Positions 7,925 through 15,614 of a stretch of 32,000 nt of DNA are shown piece by piece. A program made the translations under genes and the position numbers. Under the pieces are notes generated by a model, which had not been told where the DNA came from, searched no databases, and saw only the letters and a list, made by a program, of their open reading frames with translations. Source of the stretch: Tannockella kyphosi (lineage in GTDB: Bacteria > Bacillota_I > Bacilli_A > Erysipelotrichales > Coprobacillaceae); contig NZ_CP088239.1 in NCBI RefSeq assembly GCF_021054785.1, positions 1,770,001 to 1,802,000 on the forward strand, written 5' to 3'. Position 1 is the first letter of the stretch, and each line of letters opens with the position of its first letter.

Positions 7925-8430
7925 AAAATTTCTCCTTATCCTTATATGTAGTATGATACTATATTTTTATGTGTTATTCAATAGAAAATCTAAAAACGGT
8001 ACATTTTGTATCGATTAAAGTTTATGTATATTTTTGTCAAATTTACCCTTACTTCTATTCTTTTATCAAAAAAATATTTTTCCTTTCTTTTTATTTTTTA
8101 GCTATTTTATTTCTTCTACTTCAATACTTTCTTTTTTTAAGAAATAGAAACTATCAATAAGAGATATCCGCTTAATCCAACATAAAGAATAATTGTAGTA
8201 TTATCTCCTATTTTACTTTTGCAAATTCAATTGAGATACTTCGCTTTTTTGCATTTATAGTGGGAGTTATTTTAGCAATAGCTTTATTTAATTCTAGTCT
8301 ATTTTGTGTTTAAAAAAATCATAGGGAACAATTGGTTTGTTATCATTATTGACGCTACCATCTTGCAATAATACCTTATAACTATATAAGATACATTTGT
8401 TCTTGTTATATAGCTATCTTTCAAGTCACG

Positions 8431-8460
8431 AAAATAAAAAAACTAGGATTTCTCCTAGTT
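8431..8460 (-). terminator. Rho-independent terminator of TSUP gene 1
   Basis: Minus strand reads AACTAGGA-gaaa-TCCTAGTT followed by TTTTTTATTTT. The stem overlaps the stop codon. Confidence 0.7.
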
Positions 8461-9229
8461 AAGGTAAATAAGTAAGGGTAAGCATAATAATACCTAATGA
8501 TGTTAGTACAATACCAGTTGTACGATTTAGTATTTTAGGTGTTGCTTTGTTAGCGAATTTTGCACCAATAAGAGCAAATGTTAATGTTGATAATACGCAT
8601 ATTGTCAGTGTTGGTAAATCAGGAATAATGCCTGTTAACGTAAAATGAGAGATTGAACCAGATAAAGCTGTAAATGTCATAATAAAGACACTTGTTCCAA
8701 CTGCTATTTTAAGTTCATAACCAAGTACGATTGTAAGCAACATTAACATCATAATGCCTCCTCCAGCTCCTACAAAGCCACAAATAAAACCAATTATTGC
8801 ACCACAAAGTATTGGTAAACCTACTTTTAATATACCTTGAAATTGCCTAGGTTGTTGTTCTTTTTCTTCTCGAAAAGATTTGATTAAAAAATTAATTCCC
8901 ATAATAAAAGAAGAATAGATTGTTAAATTCCCAATCGTTGTGCTAGGAACCATATGAGATATAATAGCCCCTATGAACGTAAATATCAAAACACTAACAA
9001 ATAAATACTTACTTCCTTTTAAATCAATATTCTTATTTTTACCATAAGTATAGGCAGAAACAGCACTCGCAAGAACATCAGAAGCCAAAGCTATCCCAAT
9101 AGCTTCATAAGAATTCATTCCTAGAAATGTAATTAACATTGGAGAAATGACAGTTGCAGCACTCATTCCTGCAAGTCCTGTCCCTAGTCCTGCTCCCATT
9201 CCAGCAATTAAACATACGAATAGTTCCAT
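8459..9229 (-). CDS. TSUP-family (TauE/SafE-like) anion permease, paralogue 1
   Basis: 256-aa polytopic membrane protein with duplicated GxGGG motifs (GMGAGLGTG..., GFVGAGGGIMM) typical of TauE/SafE. About 70% identical by eye to 13728..14507. Confidence 0.75.
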   Translation of the reverse strand: MELFVCLIAGMGAGLGTGLAGMSAATVISPMLITFLGMNSYEAIGIALASDVLASAVSAYTYGKNKNIDLKGSKYLFVSVLIFTFIGAIISHMVPSTTIGNLTIYSSFIMGINFLIKSFREEKEQQPRQFQGILKVGLPILCGAIIGFICGFVGAGGGIMMLMLLTIVLGYELKIAVGTSVFIMTFTALSGSISHFTLTGIIPDLPTLTICVLSTLTFALIGAKFANKATPKILNRTTGIVLTSLGIIMLTLTYLP

Positions 9230-9230
9230 T

Positions 9231-9737
9231 CTATTCCCCTATCCCTTTTTTGAAATCTATAAATTCTACACTATTATTATGTTCTTTTAATATAGTTTGT
9301 AGTGTTTTTGATTCTATCCAAATAGTAGCTTCATTTGTATTTGGATGAACTCCTATTGTTTTCCCTTCAAAAAAATCATCAATCCAAACAACTACTTTAC
9401 ACTGTGTATCTTCTAAAACACCAAAAGGAGTAACTGATCCTGGTGTTGTTTTTAAGATTGCTTCTAAATCTTCTTTAGAAGCAAAGCTAAGTGGTCTAGT
9501 TTGATATTGTTTTCTCATTTGTTTTAAGTTTATTTTTCTATCTTCTTTTACTACTATTAAATAATAAATAGTTTTCTTATCATTTCTTAAGAAAAGATTT
9601 TTAGCTACTAACTCAAAATCAGGAAGATTTAATTGTTCCATTTCTTCCATTGTGTATACTGCAGGATGTTCTATTAATTGATATTCTATCTTTTTATCAT
9701 CTAACATTTTTAATAATTGATTATTCATTTTCTTCAC
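9231..9737 (-). CDS. YbaK/ProX-type aminoacyl-tRNA deacylase domain protein (prolyl-tRNA synthetase-associated domain)
   Basis: 168 aa. Pattern ...KNLFLRNDKK...LVVV..D.KINLK...GSVTPFG...V.ID... matches the YbaK/EbsC/ProX editing-domain family. Its stop is 1 nt from the TSUP start. Confidence 0.6.
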   Translation of the reverse strand: MKKMNNQLLKMLDDKKIEYQLIEHPAVYTMEEMEQLNLPDFELVAKNLFLRNDKKTIYYLIVVKEDRKINLKQMRKQYQTRPLSFASKEDLEAILKTTPGSVTPFGVLEDTQCKVVVWIDDFFEGKTIGVHPNTNEATIWIESKTLQTILKEHNNSVEFIDFKKGIGE

Positions 9738-9817
9738 TCTCCTCTTCCTAGAATATTCCTTTTTATATTAGTTTACAATACATTCCCACAATATAACACA
9801 ACAATCGTTCTCTTTTT

Positions 9818-9858
9818 CAATAGCATGCTATTGCTTTTGCACTAATAGCATGCTATTA
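9818..9858. promoter_or_regulatory. Twin perfect 16-bp palindromes (candidate MarR operators) in the divergent ybaK-like/marR intergenic region
   Basis: CAATAGCATGCTATTG (9818..9833) and TAATAGCATGCTATTA (9843..9858) share the 14-bp core AATAGCATGCTATT, with centres 25 bp apart. The second overlaps a TATTAT -10-like box about 25 nt before marR ATG 9882. Confidence 0.6.
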
Positions 9859-9881
9859 TATCAAAGAAATGAGGGGTCCAA

Positions 9882-10337
9882 ATGAGTGATATCAAGTTTT
9901 GTAAAACTTTCCATTTTCTTAGTGCTAGTTTAGAAAAAACAATGAATAATAATTTAAAGAAAAAAGATCTTAGTTTTTCTCAAGGTATTGTATTGTTGTG
10001 GTTAAGTAAAGAAGATAGTTTATCTTTGCCTATAAAAATAATTGAAAAAAGGTTTAGAAAAGCACAACCTACTACTTTAGGTATTATTCAAAGGTTAGAA
10101 CAAAAACAGCTTATTTCTACTTATTTAAGTGATCATCATAAAAAAATAGTTACTATTACAAAAGAAGGATTATTGCTTATTGATTTTATTGAAGAAAATA
10201 TAAAGCAAGCAGATGCATTGATTTTTCAAGATTTTAGTAAAGAACAACAACTGATGTTTCTTGAGTTATTAGGGAAAGCAGAATTAAATTTATTAAATTA
10301 TTATGGTATGGATAGGGGAGATTATGATGAAGAATAA
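9882..10337 (+). CDS. MarR-family transcriptional regulator
   Basis: 151 aa with a winged-HTH core (LSFSQGIVLLWL...IEKRFRKAQPTTLGIIQRLEQKQLI). Overlaps the downstream MATE gene. Confidence 0.75.
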   Translation: MSDIKFCKTFHFLSASLEKTMNNNLKKKDLSFSQGIVLLWLSKEDSLSLPIKIIEKRFRKAQPTTLGIIQRLEQKQLISTYLSDHHKKIVTITKEGLLLIDFIEENIKQADALIFQDFSKEQQLMFLELLGKAELNLLNYYGMDRGDYDEE

Positions 10338-11688
10338 TTTAGAAGAATTAAATAAGTTACCAGTTAGTAAAGCGGTATTGAAGAATGCAATACCTTCGAT
10401 GTTAGCGATGTTAATGGTATTAATATATAATATGGCAGATTTATTTTTTATTGGTCAAACAGGAAATGATTTGTTTGTTGCATCTGTGTCTTTAACTTCT
10501 CCAATATTTCTATTATTTATGTCTTGTGGGAATGTTTTTGGATTAGGGGGAGCTTCTTTTATTTCTAGAAGTTTAGGAGAAGGAAATCATGATATTGTGA
10601 AACGTATTTCTTCTTTTTGTTTTTGGGGTTGTATTGCAGTAGGAACTTTGTTATCAATTAGTGTCTTTTGTTCTATTGATACTATTATTAATATTTTAGG
10701 GGCTAGTAGCCAGACTGGTCCTATTGTGAAGAGTTATATTCAAGTATTTTGTTTGTGTGGACCTTTTTTGTTAATATCGACTTGTTATTCTGCATTAATT
10801 CGTGGGGAAGGAAAACCACAAAAGGCAATGACGGGGATGTTGGTTGGGAATATCGTAAATATTGTTTTAGATCCTATTTTTATTTTAGTGTTTAATATGG
10901 GTGTAGAAGGGGCTGCTATTGCTACTGTGATCGGGAATGTTTGTAGTACTATTTTCTACTTACGATATTTATCGAATAAAAAAACATTATTAAGTATCCA
11001 CCCTAAGGATTTTAGTATGAAGGAAACTATTTTCAAAAGTGTCGTTATGATCGGGGTTCCAGCATCATTAACTTCTATTTTAAATGGTGTTTCACAAGTA
11101 CTTCTAAATAACAATATGTCACAATATGGTGATTATGCAGTAGCAGGTATTGGTGTTGCTTTAAAAGTAACGATGATTTCAACAATGATATGTATCGGTA
11201 TTGCCATGGGTATTCAACCACTATTGGGATATTGTATTGGTTCAAAAAACGAAGAGAGATATCATAAAATATTTAACTTCTCTATTCTATTTGCACTAGG
11301 CTTAAGTGCTACTCTAACTGTTTTATGTTACTTAGGATTAGAACATATTGTGAATGCTTTTGTTAGTGATAGTGAATCTTTTGAATATGCTTATTATTTT
11401 GCACAAGTTATGATTTCTACAGGAGTAGTGATGAGTATGTCATACATCCTAGCAAACGCCCTGCAAGCAGCCGGTGCTGCTAAGTCAGCCTTAGTTATTA
11501 ATACTTGTCGTCAGGGTACTATCTATATTCCATTGTTATTTATTATGGGAGACTTATTTGGAATTGATGGATTAGTATTTGCACAACCAATTTCTGATGT
11601 TATTTCAGTTCTACTTGCATTTACCATGTATAAAATAGTTTCAAAGAATTTTTTTCCTAAAAAAACAGAAATAGAAACAAACAGCTAG
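10324..11688 (+). CDS. MATE-family multidrug efflux transporter
   Basis: About 454 aa and 12 TM segments. N-terminus LPVSKAVLKNAIPSMLAMLMVLIYNMADLFFIG is typical of MATE/NorM. ATG 10324 after SD GGGGAG is preferred over the track start at 10303. Confidence 0.85.
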   Translation: MMKNNLEELNKLPVSKAVLKNAIPSMLAMLMVLIYNMADLFFIGQTGNDLFVASVSLTSPIFLLFMSCGNVFGLGGASFISRSLGEGNHDIVKRISSFCFWGCIAVGTLLSISVFCSIDTIINILGASSQTGPIVKSYIQVFCLCGPFLLISTCYSALIRGEGKPQKAMTGMLVGNIVNIVLDPIFILVFNMGVEGAAIATVIGNVCSTIFYLRYLSNKKTLLSIHPKDFSMKETIFKSVVMIGVPASLTSILNGVSQVLLNNNMSQYGDYAVAGIGVALKVTMISTMICIGIAMGIQPLLGYCIGSKNEERYHKIFNFSILFALGLSATLTVLCYLGLEHIVNAFVSDSESFEYAYYFAQVMISTGVVMSMSYILANALQAAGAAKSALVINTCRQGTIYIPLLFIMGDLFGIDGLVFAQPISDVISVLLAFTMYKIVSKNFFPKKTEIETNS

Positions 11689-11712
11689 ATTATTTACAAT
11701 CTAGCTGTTTTT
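11681..11712 (+). terminator. Terminator of the MATE gene (overlaps the stop of the convergent kinase gene)
   Basis: ACAGCTAGATT-atttac-AATCTAGCTGT followed by TTTT. Confidence 0.7.
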
Positions 11713-12402
11713 AATATAATGTTTTCCATCAAAATATATTTCGATGTCTGTTTTATTACTGTGTTGTAATACTTCTTCTACATTTCGTTTATCAGACTGA
11801 TGATAAAATTCATTAGCCTGCACTTCGCTCAGTCCTCCTGTTATTTTGCGTTGAATTAGACGTTCTTTTACTAGTTCAGTACTTGTCCGTAGAAAGATAC
11901 TAAAATCACAATATTCTTTTAAATCAACCCACTGAGGATGTGCTAAATAATTCCCCTCTAAGATAATAATGTGCTTATCAATCTTTATCGCATCTTCCAC
12001 AGGATTATGTAAATTTCGATCATAAATAGGCCAAAATATATCCTTGCTAGCCATTTGTTTCACTAACTTAACTAGCTTTTCTTTATGAAATGTTTGAATT
12101 GATCCCTTGACTTGTTTTAAATTATGTTCTATCAAGTAATCATTATAATAATGAAAACCATCAATCCCTATTCCTAGCATATCATCATACTGATACTTCT
12201 CACTAGCAAGCATTTCCATGCATGCTACAAAAGTAGATTTACCGATACCTGGTGGACCAGCTAAAAAAACAATAATCCTTCTTCCTTTTTCTTCTTGTAA
12301 ACGAATAAGAAATTCTATTAATGGATAAAACGTTTTTTCTATATCTTCTTTTTCATACTTTGCATTTACTTCAAAACCATTTATATTGACAGTAAGTTCC
12401 AT
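11701..12402 (-). CDS. P-loop nucleoside/nucleotide kinase family protein (FrcK / uridine kinase-PRK-like)
   Basis: Walker A LAGPPGIGKST, then GIDGFHYYN (the DGFH of the PRK/CoaA/Udk group), IILEGNYL, LIQRKITGG. ATG 12402 lies 11 nt after the upstream stop. GTG 12414 is an alternative start. Confidence 0.7.
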   Translation of the reverse strand: MELTVNINGFEVNAKYEKEDIEKTFYPLIEFLIRLQEEKGRRIIVFLAGPPGIGKSTFVACMEMLASEKYQYDDMLGIGIDGFHYYNDYLIEHNLKQVKGSIQTFHKEKLVKLVKQMASKDIFWPIYDRNLHNPVEDAIKIDKHIIILEGNYLAHPQWVDLKEYCDFSIFLRTSTELVKERLIQRKITGGLSEVQANEFYHQSDKRNVEEVLQHSNKTDIEIYFDGKHYIKNS

Positions 12403-12413
12403 ACTATCCCCCA

Positions 12414-13451
12414 CTATTGTTCACCATATATATAATCCATAAGATAATCTAATATTTCTCTTTTCACCGACAAATTACTAGACTGTACATGTTTTTGAAC
12501 ATTATCTCTTAAAAACATTTCATCATAACCATCCTCCTTTTGGATATCATGAAATACTTTAAAGAAAACATTAATACTAAAAAATGTTTGTGTAAAATCA
12601 TAAAAATCACAATAAGGAATATCAGAAAGAATAGTTTCCATATTTTCTAAAATATATTGACGATGTTCTATGATTTCTTTATTTTCTATTCGTACACCAT
12701 TTATATCATACATAGTTATTTCTCGATATTTGAATTTTAATGGTTTTTGATAATGTACTAATTCATGATCATAGGGTAATGTAATATCAGTTTTACTATA
12801 AAATAGCTTAAAATAAGTATCTTTCATTTTAAAATATATTTTTTCAGGTAAATATATTTTTGTTTTTCCATAAATAGATATAGCTTGTCCATATTTTAAA
12901 GGATTAAAATATCCTCCTTTATTCCATCGATCCTCTCTTTTTATTTTCCATACATACTCTACCATCCCATTGGGTCTTATTTTAAATAATTCTATTTCTA
13001 TTTTATCTCCTTCTAAAACACGAACATCTTTTTGGATTTGTTTTTTATCGTTTAGAATTACTTTTTTCTTTTCACCTTTGATACTTTTCCATGCTTGTTG
13101 TTCTTTTTGTACACGAAACGAAAAATAAGAAAGAGGTTGAATTCCTGTTTCTATTGCATATTTTTCAATTATTTCAATGTCTTTAATATGCCAAAAACCA
13201 TAATCTGTTCCATGTACTTTTTCATATTGTCTTACTTCGGCACTAAATTCTATTTCATCTCCACTTGTAATCTCTATATTTTTAAATTCATCACTATAGC
13301 TAATCCATGCATGTTGAGTTAGAATTGTTTCTCCATCTCTAACTTTTTCTAACAATACACTTAAGATGTCCCCTCTTGTATAACCAAACCGATGGAAATA
13401 AGCTTTTAGCCGTATTGATTTATTTACGTATTTTTCTAGTTCTTCTCGCAT
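12414..13451 (-). CDS. Hypothetical protein (345 aa), possible N-terminal OB-like beta domain. No family recognised.
   Basis: Long ORF with SD AAGGGGGAG and its own extended -10 promoter. Translationally adjacent to the kinase gene. N-terminal pattern ...ILSVLLEKVRDGETILTQHAWISYSDEF...SGDEIEFSAEVRQYEK. Confidence 0.7.
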   Translation of the reverse strand: MREELEKYVNKSIRLKAYFHRFGYTRGDILSVLLEKVRDGETILTQHAWISYSDEFKNIEITSGDEIEFSAEVRQYEKVHGTDYGFWHIKDIEIIEKYAIETGIQPLSYFSFRVQKEQQAWKSIKGEKKKVILNDKKQIQKDVRVLEGDKIEIELFKIRPNGMVEYVWKIKREDRWNKGGYFNPLKYGQAISIYGKTKIYLPEKIYFKMKDTYFKLFYSKTDITLPYDHELVHYQKPLKFKYREITMYDINGVRIENKEIIEHRQYILENMETILSDIPYCDFYDFTQTFFSINVFFKVFHDIQKEDGYDEMFLRDNVQKHVQSSNLSVKREILDYLMDYIYGEQ

Positions 13452-13483
13452 TATCTAATCTCCCCCTTACATAATACTTTGTT

Positions 13484-13492
13484 TCATTATAC
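13484..13492 (-). promoter_or_regulatory. Extended -10 promoter element (TGGTATAAT) of the 345-aa/kinase operon
   Basis: Minus strand reads ...GAAATGTGGTATAATGAAAC..., about 30 nt upstream of ATG 13451. No good -35, which is consistent with the extended -10 class. Confidence 0.5.
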
Positions 13493-13644
13493 CACATTTC
13501 AATGAAAAAATCCTTACGTTATCAATAGGATGAAACTCCATATTTGCTTACAATTTGATAGGAAATGGAAGTTGTTGTAATCATCCATTAACATATTCTG
13601 ACTAATAAACGAGATGGATTATGGTTACTCTCCATAGCAGAATT

Positions 13645-13685
13645 CAAAAAATGGACGCCTCCTGTAAAATACAGGGAAACATCCA
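13645..13685 (-). terminator. Terminator of TSUP gene 2
   Basis: Minus strand reads GGATGTTTCCCTGTA-tttt-ACAGGAGGCGTCC (imperfect stem) followed by ATTTTTTG. Confidence 0.5.
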
Positions 13686-13727
13686 TGGGATCCTAATGTC
13701 TAGAAAACTAGATACACATCATAAGGA

Positions 13728-14507
13728 TTATAAAGCTGTAATATATTGAGAAGCAACCATAAATACCCCTAATGTTAAGAGTACTATTCCTGTGGCACGA
13801 TTCAATACTTTTGGTTGGGCTTTGTTCGCAAATCTTGCTCCTAATGTTGCAAAGAATAATGTGGATGAAATACATAATAACAATACTGTAACATCTGGGA
13901 AAACTCCATTTAATGCAAAATGGGAAGTAGCTCCAAATAGTGCAGTAAAAGTCATAATAAAGACACTTGTTCCAACTGCTGTTTTTAATTCATAATGAAG
14001 TACTGCAGTTAAAAGCATTAACATCATAATACCTCCACCAGCACCAATAAATCCACATATAAATCCAATTAATGCCCCACATAAAATAGGTAATAATTTT
14101 TTCCAAATACCAGTATACTCTTTATGTTGTTTTGGAGCTTCGTCTTTGAATGATTTCATTAAAAAATTAATACCCATCAATACACAACCATACACTGTAA
14201 AATCACCCATTGTAGTAGCTGGCACTAAATGTGCTACAAATGCACCTATTAATGTAAATACTAAAACACTAACAAACAAAGATTTACTTCTCTTTAAATC
14301 AATATTTTTATTCTTACCATATGTATAAGCTGATGCAGCACTTGCTAATACATCAGAAGCTAAAGCTATTCCAATTGCTTCAAAGGCATTCATACCTAAA
14401 AATGAAACAAGCATTGGTGAAATAACAACAGCTGCACTCATTCCTGCAAAACCAGTTCCTAATCCTGCACCCATCCCTGCAATAATACAAATTAAAACTG
14501 TTTCCAT
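13728..14507 (-). CDS. TSUP-family (TauE/SafE-like) anion permease, paralogue 2
   Basis: 259 aa, collinear with 8459..9229. DNA stretches are nearly identical (GTCATAATAAAGACACTTGTTCCAACTGCT occurs in both genes). Confidence 0.75.
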   Translation of the reverse strand: METVLICIIAGMGAGLGTGFAGMSAAVVISPMLVSFLGMNAFEAIGIALASDVLASAASAYTYGKNKNIDLKRSKSLFVSVLVFTLIGAFVAHLVPATTMGDFTVYGCVLMGINFLMKSFKDEAPKQHKEYTGIWKKLLPILCGALIGFICGFIGAGGGIMMLMLLTAVLHYELKTAVGTSVFIMTFTALFGATSHFALNGVFPDVTVLLLCISSTLFFATLGARFANKAQPKVLNRATGIVLLTLGVFMVASQYITAL

Positions 14508-14516
14508 AATCTTCTC

Positions 14517-14933
14517 CTAATCTTCTAAGTTATTTGAAATCTGTTGAATGACATTTTCAAATATTTTTTGTTCTTCATCCTTTATTCCTAAAAAAGCTTT
14601 ATTTCTAAATTCTTCTAAGCATTGATGATATAACAATATAATCGGTTCTCCTTTTTCTAATAAAAATAAGTTATATACCTTTTTATTTGATAATGATCCT
14701 TCTTTTAATAAATAACCATTATTTACTAAATTAGTAATTGCTTTTGAAACATAAGATTTTGCATAATCTTTTGATTTCATAATTTCAGTGAACGTATTAT
14801 TTTCAGGAAATTCACTAAGAAAAACTAGTATGTCTAATTCTATTAAATTTAATCCTGTTTGTTCTAATAAACCATTAAAATAATTCTTTCTTTTTAAATT
14901 AATAAAATGTGTTGTTTCTCTTAAATCAATCAT
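14517..14933 (-). CDS. MarR-like winged-helix transcriptional regulator
   Basis: 138 aa with LDILVFLSEFPENNTFTEIMKSKDYAKSYVSKAITNLVNNGYLLKE. SD AAAGGAGGA. Lies 9 nt upstream of TSUP gene 2. Confidence 0.65.
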   Translation of the reverse strand: MIDLRETTHFINLKRKNYFNGLLEQTGLNLIELDILVFLSEFPENNTFTEIMKSKDYAKSYVSKAITNLVNNGYLLKEGSLSNKKVYNLFLLEKGEPIILLYHQCLEEFRNKAFLGIKDEEQKIFENVIQQISNNLED

Positions 14934-14946
14934 AATATCCTCCTTT

Positions 14947-14983
14947 GTTCACTTGAGAACAATTATAGTTCTCTAGAGAACAA
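14947..14983. promoter_or_regulatory. Two GTTC/GAAC palindromes (candidate operator of the MarR-like gene)
   Basis: TTGTTC-acttga-GAACAA (14947..14964) and the perfect 14-bp palindrome GTTCTCTAGAGAAC (14970..14983), immediately upstream of the RBS. Confidence 0.5.
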
Positions 14984-15044
14984 AAGTCAATAGTTATTAT
15001 CTAGTATCCATTACATAAAGACAATATTATTTTAAATACAGTTT

Positions 15045-15072
15045 AAAAAAACCTAACTTAGTTAGGTTTTTT
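15045..15072. terminator. Stem-loop terminator at the end of the CrtO-like gene
   Basis: AAAAAACCTAAC-tta-GTTAGGTTTTTT. The stop codon lies in the loop. T-runs are present on both strands. Confidence 0.65.
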
Positions 15073-15606
15073 ACGTGCTATTATTTTTCTTAATCTAGGT
15101 CGGTTATATCTTTGTACGATGATAAAGATACTATCCACACATGCAGCCAAGATAGAAGTTATTAAAAATATTACTACATCATCTCTTAAAAAAGGAATTG
15201 TCAATGATATTAATACGGGTATAAAAGAACAAATTACAATAGCTTCATGGACTATTTCACTAGTACATGTGTTTCTAAGTATTTCTGGTAATTCTGTTTT
15301 ATTAAGATCAAAACTATTAGGAGAATAGGTTGGAATATGTTTTTTCCAACTCCTTACACCTAATAAATTATATAATTTCTTTTCAAATCTTTTTTCTTGA
15401 AACCAACTGTTATTAGGATCTATGTTTTGATATTTTTTACCAAGAATTGTCCCTACAAGTAGACGCATATCGAAATGATAAGCTGTTGTTAAAAAAGTAA
15501 TCATCATTATACTTAAGATACTTGCTGTTACAAGACAATTCACTATCCATAAAACAATTGCTACTACACTAGAAAAGGTAGCCAATTTTTTCATTGTTTT
15601 TTCCAT
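15058..15606 (-). CDS. CrtO-like membrane acyltransferase (glycosyl-4,4'-diaponeurosporenoate acyltransferase family)
   Basis: 182-aa membrane protein. The C-terminal IIVQRYNRPRL, and EIVHE before a TM segment, match my recollection of staphylococcal CrtO. Confidence 0.5.
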   Translation of the reverse strand: MEKTMKKLATFSSVVAIVLWIVNCLVTASILSIMMITFLTTAYHFDMRLLVGTILGKKYQNIDPNNSWFQEKRFEKKLYNLLGVRSWKKHIPTYSPNSFDLNKTELPEILRNTCTSEIVHEAIVICSFIPVLISLTIPFLRDDVVIFLITSILAACVDSIFIIVQRYNRPRLRKIIARKKPN

Positions 15607-15614
15607 AAAACCTC

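Noticed and set aside
4304-8160. Plus-strand ORFs 4304..4492, 5414..5629, 5955..6146, 6311..6517, 6864..7070, 7318..7512 and 7969..8160
   Set aside because: All but the last are antisense shadows of minus-strand genes. 7969..8160 lies in the AT-rich promoter region of the ATPase gene and translates to F/L/Y-rich low-complexity sequence with no SD.
8160-8330. Possible remnant of a membrane-protein C-terminus (+ frame ...FAFIVGVILAIALFNSSLFCV-stop) in the ORF-free 7925..8458 region
   Set aside because: It is only about 30 codons long, with no start codon and no identifiable family. That is too little evidence to call a pseudogene.
13697-13712. TGTCTAG-AAAACTAGA, a possible third, everted relative of the AAACTAGACA/TGTCTAGTTT repeat
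   Set aside because: Only 7-9 nt half-site matches in a different arrangement, lying between a stop codon and a terminator. It could be chance. It is mentioned under the repeat finding but not called as a feature.
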